From Thermodesulfovibrionia bacterium (GTDB taxonomy: Bacteria; Nitrospirota; Thermodesulfovibrionia; UBA6902): a stretch of 58,641 nt of DNA. Below are positions 18,510-27,136 of the stretch, piece after piece (the first letter of the stretch is position 1; each line of letters begins with the position of its first letter). The DNA is taken from assembly GCA_945788685.1 (NCBI GenBank), contig CALZMZ010000003.1:1-58641 (forward strand), in the 5' to 3' direction. A model generated the notes under the pieces. That model saw only the letters and a program-made list of their open reading frames with translations, was not told the origin of the DNA and ran no database searches. Made by a program: the position numbers and the translations under genes.

Positions 18510-20186
18510 ATGTTAGGTAATGCAGTCAGACATACAACTCTTGTCAAGGCAAAAAACGGTATGCTCTCTATCAGGGTAACCTGTGAAAACGATTCAGTGA
18601 AAACTCTTCACAGCCTCTACGATCCGGAAGCTGAGGCCAGGTCCATGGTCGATACCTTTCGTTTTAATGGAAAAGGGGTCCTTGTTGTCCTGGGTCTGGG
18701 GTTGGGATATCATGTGACAGAACTTACCAGATGCTATCCTGAGGCGAAAATCATAGTTGTTGAAAAGAGCAATGAAATATACAAAAATGCAGTGAGTTAC
18801 GGCCTTGTTCATGATAAAAAGCATGAGGTATTGCAAGGGCTTACTCATGGTGAGGTTATCAGTAAAATAGCTGAAATCCAGATGCGTTCGGGATTTGTCC
18901 CTGTTACAGTTTTTCCACTGCCCTCTGCAGTATCTGCATTCCCTTCGTTTTATGATCCGATACTGACTTCTCTTAAAAATACCGAGTCAGTGAAACTATG
19001 GGACAGATTAAGGTATCGCAAATTTAAAACAGAAACCCTGGCAGTTCTCATGATTGATTCCGGATACTTTCTATTAACTGAAGCTGAAAAAGCGCTGAGA
19101 TCAAACGGTCATAAGGTTGAAAAGGTCCAGGTGCATAAAAGTGATGAGGGAGACAAAGTGATTTCCGGCCTAATTGAAACCATAGTCAAATGTAAGCCGG
19201 ACTTTTTATTAACGGTAAACCATCTTGGACTGGATGAAGAGGGGAGAATTTCAGATTTCCTTAAATCCATTGAGATGCCTGTTGCATCATGGTACGTAGA
19301 CAGCCCCAATCTTATTGTTAAGGCATTTAATAAGAACGTTTCCCCGTACATGGCACTATTCATGTGGGACAGGTCTTATATACATGATATGAAATCCATG
19401 GGATTTGAGACTGTCGAATATCTCCCTCTTGCCACGGATGAAAAAGTGTTCAGACCATTTAACAACAAAAAACACAAAAAGAAACTCTCCAGATATGCCT
19501 GTGATATCAGTTTTGTTGGTAATTCCATGGTTGAGCCTGTTGAAAAATGGATGGAAAAGGTCAATGTCCATGTCCGTCCTGTTGTAGACAGGGTATGCTC
19601 AGAGATGGTGAGATCAGGAAGCATTATGGAAATGCTGAGCGATGATGACAGGAAGGTAATTCATGGTTTGAGCGAACAAGAGAAAATGGACTTTGAAGCA
19701 GCTGTTATCTGGAAGGCGACCCAGCATTACAGGCTCGGGTGCATTGATACAATCAGGAACAGGGGGCTGCGGATTTATGGTGATAATCAGTGGAAGAGCC
19801 TGCTTCATGATAATGCTGAAATATATCCGTCTGTTAATTATTACAAAGAGCTTCCCTATCTTTTTAACGCAACCAGGATCAATTTTAATGCTACCAGCAT
19901 GCAGATGAAGGAGGCGGTCAACCAGAGGGTATTTGATGTACCTGCATGCGGATCATTTTTAATCACAGATGACCAGCAGAGTCTGCATGATCTGTTTGAA
20001 CATGGAAGGGAAGTTATTACATATAGAGATAAAGAAGAAATTCCCGGGTTGGTTGAGTTTTATCTTGACAATCCATCAGCAAGGGACAGGGTGAGCCAGA
20101 GAGCAAGAGACAGGGTGCTGAAAGAGCATACATATAAACACAGAATTGAGAGGGTTATTAAAACCTTAAGGGGGACGTTCTCATGA
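18510..20186 (+). CDS. Maf-N-like / CgeB-like (GT1-type C-terminal domain) putative protein glycosyltransferase
   Basis: 558-aa ORF. The N-terminal 'LHSLYDPEAEARSM...VVLGLGLGYHV' resembles motility-accessory-factor N-termini. The C-terminal 'RVFDVPACGSFLITDD...EVITYRD...RDRVLKEHTYKHR' resembles the CgeB/DUF3880-type domain. Both assignments are from memory. Confidence 0.55.
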   Translation: MLGNAVRHTTLVKAKNGMLSIRVTCENDSVKTLHSLYDPEAEARSMVDTFRFNGKGVLVVLGLGLGYHVTELTRCYPEAKIIVVEKSNEIYKNAVSYGLVHDKKHEVLQGLTHGEVISKIAEIQMRSGFVPVTVFPLPSAVSAFPSFYDPILTSLKNTESVKLWDRLRYRKFKTETLAVLMIDSGYFLLTEAEKALRSNGHKVEKVQVHKSDEGDKVISGLIETIVKCKPDFLLTVNHLGLDEEGRISDFLKSIEMPVASWYVDSPNLIVKAFNKNVSPYMALFMWDRSYIHDMKSMGFETVEYLPLATDEKVFRPFNNKKHKKKLSRYACDISFVGNSMVEPVEKWMEKVNVHVRPVVDRVCSEMVRSGSIMEMLSDDDRKVIHGLSEQEKMDFEAAVIWKATQHYRLGCIDTIRNRGLRIYGDNQWKSLLHDNAEIYPSVNYYKELPYLFNATRINFNATSMQMKEAVNQRVFDVPACGSFLITDDQQSLHDLFEHGREVITYRDKEEIPGLVEFYLDNPSARDRVSQRARDRVLKEHTYKHRIERVIKTLRGTFS

Positions 20187-22417
20187 GAATATCAGTTACG
20201 ATGATAACAATGAATGAGGAGAAGAATATTGAGAGGGCATTAAGCTCATGCAGCTTTGCAGATGAAATAGTTGTAGTTGACGGTGGGAGCACAGACGGTA
20301 CACTTGATATCCTTAAAGCGAATAACAAGGTTACATTGATACAGCACCCCTGGGGCAATCATTTTGGCAGGCAGAGACAGGTCTCTCTTGAACACTGCTC
20401 CGGAGAATGGGTAATAAGGCTTGATGCTGACGAGGCCTTTTCCCTGAAGTTTGAACATTTCATCAGAAATCTGCTTTCATCAACCCCGGACTCTGTCGCG
20501 GGTTATAAAGTGAGACAGTGCAACCTTGTGGGAAATGAAAAGCACTATTCAAAGATATTTGATGATTTCGAGGCCATTCCCAGAATATGGAGAAATACTC
20601 CAGATGTCAGGTGGGAACGACAGATACATGAGACATTAACCGGTATAAAAGGCGAATTGAAGTTATGTGAAGTGTATGTAGTCCATTACGGATTCCTGGA
20701 TAAAAAACGATATTGGCAGAAGGGTAAATATTATTCTCAAGTTCCTGACAGTGGTTTTAATAAGGCTGAACAGCTTTATTTCAGGGAGTATGATATTCAG
20801 CCAAGGCCTCCTGAATCAGTAGTAGCAGAACATGTACCAGAATATGTATCTGAGTCTGAAATGTCAACGTCCGGAGAGGTAGCAATTATCGGGCAATGCA
20901 CCAATACCTTAAAGGGGATTAATTTTAATAAATTATCAGATACATATAATCTGACGATCTGTCTGGATGAAAAAACTGACATTGATAATTCTCATGAGGA
21001 ATGCTGTTTTATTAAATTTCCATATGATCCGGAAGGTTCCGGAAAAATGATCGGGCTTGAGTTTGAACTCATTGACAAGGACATAATCTTTACAGAGGGG
21101 ATCGCATCGCCATGTACCTATCAGGCGATACTGGCAAAACTCAAATTCGGAATTAAGGTAATCACAATAACAACTGACGCCAGCCCTGTTGATAATGCAG
21201 TTGATAATGATACCCGTGCAATGAAAGAAATTGCCGGAAAATATGTAGATGTATTTATCGTTAATTCAGAAAATACCAGAGATGCTCTGCTGTCAGATGG
21301 AGTATCGAATAGCAAGATTGTGTTAATGCCTGTTGGTGAAAAAATTGGTGAGATGGTGATTGAAAACCCTGCATCAGCAATGAAATACAGTAATGTAATC
21401 GAGCTGATCGATCATGTGTATCTATCAACATTTAAAGGCGCAATATCAGAACTTGCAGAATTTGTACATCTGACAGAGAAAAATACATTGAAGCGCATTC
21501 GCTCTGTTTACGCGCAGCAGCTTAAGGAATGGCGGGGGGCTGTTGGAAAAGATGTAACAAAAAGCAGGGTCGCTGCATTCTACAGCGATACTGATTCATA
21601 TCTCTTTGACCTTATTCAATACAATTATGAGAGCAGTACCTACATGAAATGGTCCCAGGATCTGTTTAATCTGCTCGCAGATCTGAATAAAGCGCAGGGC
21701 CATCTGGATATATTGGACTTTGGAGGAGGGATAGGGAGCCAGCTTATTAATGTTTCATCACTTAAAGGCGCAGCGCTCAACTATGCTGATATTCCGGGCA
21801 AGACGTTTGAATTTGCACAGTGGAGATTCAACAGGAGGATGTTGAACATTAACATGATTGATGCCACAAAAGAGGATTATCTTGGCAATATGCTGTTTGA
21901 TGTTGTGTTTGCATTTGATGTCCTGGAACATCTCGTAGATCCGGAGAAATCCGTTGATTATCTTATCAGACATATTAAACCTGATGGTTTTCTGGTTGCC
22001 ATTACATCGTTTGTTGATAATGACGGAGATGCAGGCTGGCATCTGAACGTCGATAAATATACCGATGAAGGATTTTACAGTGTAATAAAGTCACTGGGGA
22101 TGGAGATGATGAATGAGGGGATACCCAGGGTCTTCAGAAAAGACAGGGAGCTTTCTGTTCTGTTATCAGAGCTGAAAACGGCAGAAATTGAGAACAGGCT
22201 TGTTGATGCCAGAACATATATGGAGCAATACCTTGAGATGAGGCCTGTTGATTTACAGATGTTGCTTCGACACGCTGATCTGTGCACAAGACTGCATGAC
22301 AGGGAAGCAACTCAGGCAAGTCTGAACAAGGTCAGGCTGTTTAATCCTGATATGCCCGAGGTCCGGGCAATTGAAGAGTTGATCAATAAGGAGAAGAATG
22401 AAGTTACATCTTGTTAA
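20183..22417 (+). CDS. GT2 glycosyltransferase - methyltransferase - TPR fusion protein
   Basis: 744-aa ORF whose ATG overlaps the upstream stop. The GT2 N-terminus reads 'ISVTMITMNEEKNIERALSS...IVVVDGGSTDGT' with 'RLDADE'. Methyltransferase motif I is 'ILDFGGGIGSQL' with 'FDVVFAFDVLEHL'. The tail is TPR-like. Confidence 0.75.
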   Translation: MRISVTMITMNEEKNIERALSSCSFADEIVVVDGGSTDGTLDILKANNKVTLIQHPWGNHFGRQRQVSLEHCSGEWVIRLDADEAFSLKFEHFIRNLLSSTPDSVAGYKVRQCNLVGNEKHYSKIFDDFEAIPRIWRNTPDVRWERQIHETLTGIKGELKLCEVYVVHYGFLDKKRYWQKGKYYSQVPDSGFNKAEQLYFREYDIQPRPPESVVAEHVPEYVSESEMSTSGEVAIIGQCTNTLKGINFNKLSDTYNLTICLDEKTDIDNSHEECCFIKFPYDPEGSGKMIGLEFELIDKDIIFTEGIASPCTYQAILAKLKFGIKVITITTDASPVDNAVDNDTRAMKEIAGKYVDVFIVNSENTRDALLSDGVSNSKIVLMPVGEKIGEMVIENPASAMKYSNVIELIDHVYLSTFKGAISELAEFVHLTEKNTLKRIRSVYAQQLKEWRGAVGKDVTKSRVAAFYSDTDSYLFDLIQYNYESSTYMKWSQDLFNLLADLNKAQGHLDILDFGGGIGSQLINVSSLKGAALNYADIPGKTFEFAQWRFNRRMLNINMIDATKEDYLGNMLFDVVFAFDVLEHLVDPEKSVDYLIRHIKPDGFLVAITSFVDNDGDAGWHLNVDKYTDEGFYSVIKSLGMEMMNEGIPRVFRKDRELSVLLSELKTAEIENRLVDARTYMEQYLEMRPVDLQMLLRHADLCTRLHDREATQASLNKVRLFNPDMPEVRAIEELINKEKNEVTSC

Positions 22418-25352
22418 TGATCAGGCACGAAGTGCTGACAGGCCAAAGCTCGGTCTTGGTTATATTTCTTCCTATCTGAAAAAATATTGTGATGATATAG
22501 AGATAAGTGTTTCCTTTCAGGGTGATGATACTATCGGTATGATAAAGAGTTTGAAGCCTGATATTGTTGGTCTCACCGCTACAACAGAAACATTTAACAA
22601 TACTGTCAGCATTGCCCGGGACATAAAGGAATCACTGGGGATGCCCCTCCTTATCGGAGGGACCCATATTACCATTCTTCCACAGCATCTGCCGGAATGG
22701 ATTGATGCAGGGGTCATAGGAGAGGGAGAAGAAACCATACGTGAGATTATTTCATCATTCAGGAAATACGGTACAGTTGCTCATGAGAACCTGAATGGCA
22801 TTGTTTTCATGGACGGTCAACATCTGATCAGGACAGATGAGAGAAAACTGATTGATCCCCTGGACAGCATACCATTTCCTGACTGGGACATGCTGGGTCT
22901 GTCAAATACCGGCCCCGGACATATTATAACTTCCAGAGGCTGTACATATAAGTGTGTATTCTGTGCATCTGCAGCCATATGGAAAAAAATCAGGTTCTTC
23001 TCTCCAGAATATGTAGTGAATGAAATAAAGACAATTGTTGAAAAGTTCGGGAGACAGGAGATTCTCATTTATGATGATCTTTTCACTGCGAACAGCAAAA
23101 GAGTGCGGCGTATAAGTGAACTTATATGTCAGGAAGGTCTGGACAGGTCAGTCAGGTTTGAGTGTCTGAGCAATGTCAACCATTTCAGTCAGGAGACAGC
23201 ACAGGACCTCAAAAAGATGAATGTGCACAGAATAAGTTTCGGGATGGAGTCAGGTTCCCCGAAAATGCTCACATATCTCAAAAAGGGGACAGTTACTACA
23301 GAAAAGATCCGGAGCGCTGTTAAAGCGGGAGTCGATAATGGACTGGAAGTCCTCGGGTCGTTTATGATCGGCACTCCGGGAGAGACTGAAGATGATATGA
23401 AAATGACATATGATTTTATTAAGGGTCTTGGATTGACAGAGGTCGGCATAAATGTAGCAACTCCTTTTCCAGGCACAGATTTATGGAACTATGCTGTTGA
23501 AAACAACTATATAAAAGATGCATGGGACGACAGCATATATGCCATGAAAACGATAACTCCGGAAACTATCAAGGACAAACAGCTTCTCTGTTCAGTTGAA
23601 AAAGACAGGTTTATTGAAATATATAAAAAATTGATAGATCTGGACAGCATGCTGATTGACCGCCGTATCAGGGTACGGACATTGAGAGATATCGTCCTGA
23701 ATACATTCGGGAAGGATATGACCCGCTCATCAACATGTAAGGTGCTGGATGTCAGCTGCGAGGACGGTGCCCTGGGTGCTGCTATTAAATCAAGGATTGA
23801 TGCTGAGGTCACAGGCATGAATCCTGATCTGCATTATGCAGCAGACTGTGAGAGAAGGCTGGATAGTGTGATAAGAGGGGACCTGAATGAAGTCGGGGTA
23901 AAATATGCTGGGGGTTATTTTGATGTAATTCTTTTTAATGAACTGATGCCTGATCATGAGACCTTCAAACATTATAATGCCCTTCTCAAACCGGAAGGTG
24001 TTATAGCGGGAACGTTTGCAAACAGGATGCATTTCTCGTACCTTGCTTACTCAGTCTTAGGCATAAACAGGCCTCTGTTTGAAACAACAGATGGCACGCT
24101 GCAGTATATGAAATGGGGTATGCCTGAAAAAGACAGGTTTCCGGGCAATGTGTTGAAAGACCTTGAATCCTTCTTAAAGAAAGAGGATTACAGCATCTCA
24201 ATTTACGAGTTCAAAGGTCTTGATAATATTTTTTCGCAAGAGTTATTACATTATCTGGGATCCTACCTGTCTCATCCTGATGAATTTTATTACGAATCAA
24301 AAGTGATAAGATATTTTTTTATGGCAGAGAATAAAACCGTATCACCTGAATTTCATAAGGAAGATAAAGCCATGGTGCGTCATGATGAGAATTGTGTTCA
24401 GGATAGCAGAAGCGGAAGCATTAAGATGAAAAAGGATAATAAAGAATCTATTGAAAATTTGGCATCTCTTGTGCCTGATCAGGCAAAGAAGATTATGCAC
24501 CCTGGATGCGGAGACGGGGAACTTGGCAAAGAACTTTTAGCCAGGGGTGCAGAAACAGTTATCGGGATTGAACGAGATACTTCAAAGTGTGAAAAAGCCC
24601 GCAGCAGCATTACTGAAGTTATATGTGGAGATATCGAAGAGGCAGATCTTCAATATGATAGTGGGTATTTCGACTGCATCATATGTGATGGTATTCTTGA
24701 ATACCTCAAAGATCCGCTTCATATCTTAAAGAAACTGAAAGACTGCCTGTCTGACACAGGTACGATTGTCGCTGTTATAGCCAATACCGGAACTATTCAC
24801 CATATTAACAAACTGATAGACGGGCAATGGAACTCGGATCATATTGATGGTCCGGATGGTATTCCCCTGAGATTTTATACAAGAAAAGAAATAGAGAATC
24901 TGTTTGATGCATCCGGTTTTGAATTGACCGGATTAAGCCCGGGTGCAATGCATCCTGAGTATCATGAGGTTGATGCTACAGCATCTCATAATGCGACAGC
25001 TGGACGTGTTTCATTGAAAGGACTGACCCCTGAAGAATTGAGAGATATGTATACTGTGAATTATCTGATCAGGGCAGGGAAGAAAGGTGTTGAGTTAGAA
25101 ATTCTCACCAGCCATGTTAACTCATTGTTGCATGATGAAAAGATAAAGGAAGCGGAACAGGCAGTTCAGAAATACCTGGAGGTCCACCTTGCTGACACCA
25201 ATGCACTTTTATTGCACGCTGATATATGTGTAATGCAGGACTTATATGAAAAGGCTCTGGAAAGTATAAATAAGGTGCTTCTTTTTGAACCGGAAAGACA
25301 GGATGCGATTGAGCTGAAAAGCAGGATACAGAAATCCGGAGTCGTTGCCTGA
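22398..25352 (+). CDS. B12-binding (class B) radical SAM enzyme fused to two class I methyltransferase modules and TPR tail
   Basis: 984-aa ORF. The N-terminal cobalamin-binding-type region reads 'DIVGLTATTE...LLIGGTHIT'. The radical SAM motif is 'SRGCTYKCVFCAS'. The two methyltransferase-like motifs are 'VLDVSCEDGALG' and 'IMHPGCGDGELG...FDCIICDGILEYL'. TPRs occupy the C-terminus. Confidence 0.8.
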   Translation: MKLHLVNDQARSADRPKLGLGYISSYLKKYCDDIEISVSFQGDDTIGMIKSLKPDIVGLTATTETFNNTVSIARDIKESLGMPLLIGGTHITILPQHLPEWIDAGVIGEGEETIREIISSFRKYGTVAHENLNGIVFMDGQHLIRTDERKLIDPLDSIPFPDWDMLGLSNTGPGHIITSRGCTYKCVFCASAAIWKKIRFFSPEYVVNEIKTIVEKFGRQEILIYDDLFTANSKRVRRISELICQEGLDRSVRFECLSNVNHFSQETAQDLKKMNVHRISFGMESGSPKMLTYLKKGTVTTEKIRSAVKAGVDNGLEVLGSFMIGTPGETEDDMKMTYDFIKGLGLTEVGINVATPFPGTDLWNYAVENNYIKDAWDDSIYAMKTITPETIKDKQLLCSVEKDRFIEIYKKLIDLDSMLIDRRIRVRTLRDIVLNTFGKDMTRSSTCKVLDVSCEDGALGAAIKSRIDAEVTGMNPDLHYAADCERRLDSVIRGDLNEVGVKYAGGYFDVILFNELMPDHETFKHYNALLKPEGVIAGTFANRMHFSYLAYSVLGINRPLFETTDGTLQYMKWGMPEKDRFPGNVLKDLESFLKKEDYSISIYEFKGLDNIFSQELLHYLGSYLSHPDEFYYESKVIRYFFMAENKTVSPEFHKEDKAMVRHDENCVQDSRSGSIKMKKDNKESIENLASLVPDQAKKIMHPGCGDGELGKELLARGAETVIGIERDTSKCEKARSSITEVICGDIEEADLQYDSGYFDCIICDGILEYLKDPLHILKKLKDCLSDTGTIVAVIANTGTIHHINKLIDGQWNSDHIDGPDGIPLRFYTRKEIENLFDASGFELTGLSPGAMHPEYHEVDATASHNATAGRVSLKGLTPEELRDMYTVNYLIRAGKKGVELEILTSHVNSLLHDEKIKEAEQAVQKYLEVHLADTNALLLHADICVMQDLYEKALESINKVLLFEPERQDAIELKSRIQKSGVVA

Positions 25353-25598
25353 TTTTATGCCTGGGAATTTCTACAGATTTCTTGACGTAAAAAGTAAACT
25401 CACTCCAGTTAGTCTTTTCAATCAATATGAATAAAGTTGTCATTCCCATGATCTGTTTTCCGTAATACTTTGAAGGATGAGCAACGGGAATCCAGTCTCT
25501 TCAGCTTTGATATTGAGAAAAATCTGTTTGAGAGAATCTGGAAAAAATGATCTGTGTATTGATAACAGTGCGGACCCAGGGGGCTCCGGAGCGCACAT

Positions 25599-26477
25599 TT
25601 ATACAAACATTCGATCACAGGTTATCAACTTATTATTTGAATTGATAATCATTTGTGTGTATTTCGTGCCATGATGCCGAACCAGCCCAAATTCTGGAAT
25701 TGCGGGGGTATCGCCGTCCATTTTCAAAGGTACGACACGACTGTGTTCAGCCCCATGTGGAATATTTTCAAACGCAAGCCCCATAGATGAGCAATCAGCC
25801 AGAGGCCATTGCCGGATACCGGTCAATCCGCGACAGATATCTGGGTTTATCGACCTGCTCGTGATATAGATTTCTGCATCTTCCTGATCAAGAATCATTG
25901 CTCCGTAATAAGGGTTAACCAGAGTTACAAAACAATTAACATCGGGATGATTTATTGTGACTTTACTCATAGTAAATGTATGCCCCGGACCCAGATTCAG
26001 AGTATCTTTGCGCAAATCCAGCTGATCATAATTATCAAACGGGACATTATGCCCCTGAAACTTTTCATAGCGACAGAAACCAGGACGGAATCCGGTACGT
26101 GCTAAAAGAGGTTTGAACTCAGCCCAGTACGAAAAGTTCTGCCAGGTAAGGTGCATATCATTCTCTGCATAAATATAGTAGCCATAATTACCTTTCTTTA
26201 CTGCATCAATAAGATCAAATTTATGAGCCCAGGTAAGTGCCCAATCCTTAAACATAGGCCTGGCAACTAACACATGGCAGGAAAGGTTCTCAAATGCTTC
26301 AACAATATGCTGCAGATCTCCACATATATCTTTCGACTCAAGGTCTATATAAATAAAACAGTCAATATCAGCTTCCCAGGCTTCATAATCTTCTAAAACT
26401 GACATCATCGTATCGATATTAGACATTGGTTTGTGTGCAGCTAAAGAAAGCCAAATTTTAGGTTTTTTTTGGAACAC
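25599..26477 (-). CDS. hypothetical protein
   Basis: 292-aa ORF, the only reverse-strand gene in the first 35 kb and convergent with the big operon. No confident motif was found; 'YIYAENDM' could be a DxD-like site. Confidence 0.5.
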   Translation of the reverse strand: MFQKKPKIWLSLAAHKPMSNIDTMMSVLEDYEAWEADIDCFIYIDLESKDICGDLQHIVEAFENLSCHVLVARPMFKDWALTWAHKFDLIDAVKKGNYGYYIYAENDMHLTWQNFSYWAEFKPLLARTGFRPGFCRYEKFQGHNVPFDNYDQLDLRKDTLNLGPGHTFTMSKVTINHPDVNCFVTLVNPYYGAMILDQEDAEIYITSRSINPDICRGLTGIRQWPLADCSSMGLAFENIPHGAEHSRVVPLKMDGDTPAIPEFGLVRHHGTKYTQMIINSNNKLITCDRMFV

Positions 26478-26945
26478 TTACTCCCTCCGGAATTGACGGC
26501 AATGTTGAAGATAAGCCACGGGCCAAATATATATGTTTCGTTTCATATAGACATAAAATAATTTTCATAATATTGAAATATAACAAGGGATCATGCATGG
26601 AAAAACCATCATTGTCAGAGGTATAGAAATATGTGCATTCATAGAGCCTCATTAGGAAAAAGTATATCCCATTTCATTATTACGGAGCAAGGATAAAATG
26701 CATGACGCATTGACACTAATTATAGATTTACAATGAAAATGTTCAGTGACACAGCGCAGTCCTGCATTGAAGATATTCAGATAGTATTTTCAGATGTGAA
26801 GTGATTGCCGGAATCAAGCTAATAGTGTTTTATCATCAGAAGCCTGCCTGCTTCGACATTACATACAAGAGGGAATTAAATAGAATACAAATGCTAATTC
26901 AGATTACACGTTAACACACCTAAAGCTCATTCACACTGACCATTA

Positions 26946-26961
26946 TTATTGACGTCAATAA
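26946..26961. promoter_or_regulatory. perfect 16-bp palindrome TTATTGACGTCAATAA, candidate activator (UAS) site
   Basis: The sequence is exactly self-complementary. It lies ~125-140 bp upstream of the sigma54-like -24/-12 element at 27084-27099. Confidence 0.3.
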
Positions 26962-27083
26962 ATTGACTGAGAATTCAGAAAACTTAATATAAAAATTATT
27001 TTTCGGCTATCCCTCTATCGTAATCCATGATTAATCAAGCAGTTAGGAACTCTTATGTATATCAATTCCATATGCCCGGATCT

Positions 27084-27099
27084 TGGCAACGGAATTGCA
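27084..27099 (+). promoter_or_regulatory. sigma54 (RpoN)-type -24/-12 promoter
   Basis: The sequence TGGCAA-CGGAA-TTGCA has the invariant GG and GC at the canonical spacing of TGGCACG-N4-TTGCA. It lies 38-53 nt upstream of the candidate starts of the 27137 ORF. Confidence 0.5.
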
Positions 27100-27136
27100 G
27101 TATATTGCTCAGGATTAATATCACGTTTGGCGTGAT

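Noticed and set aside
25477-25674. 65-aa + strand ORF at the convergent junction after the big operon.
   Set aside because: It overlaps the 3' end of the reverse-strand gene 25599-26477. It has no RBS or motif and is likely spurious.
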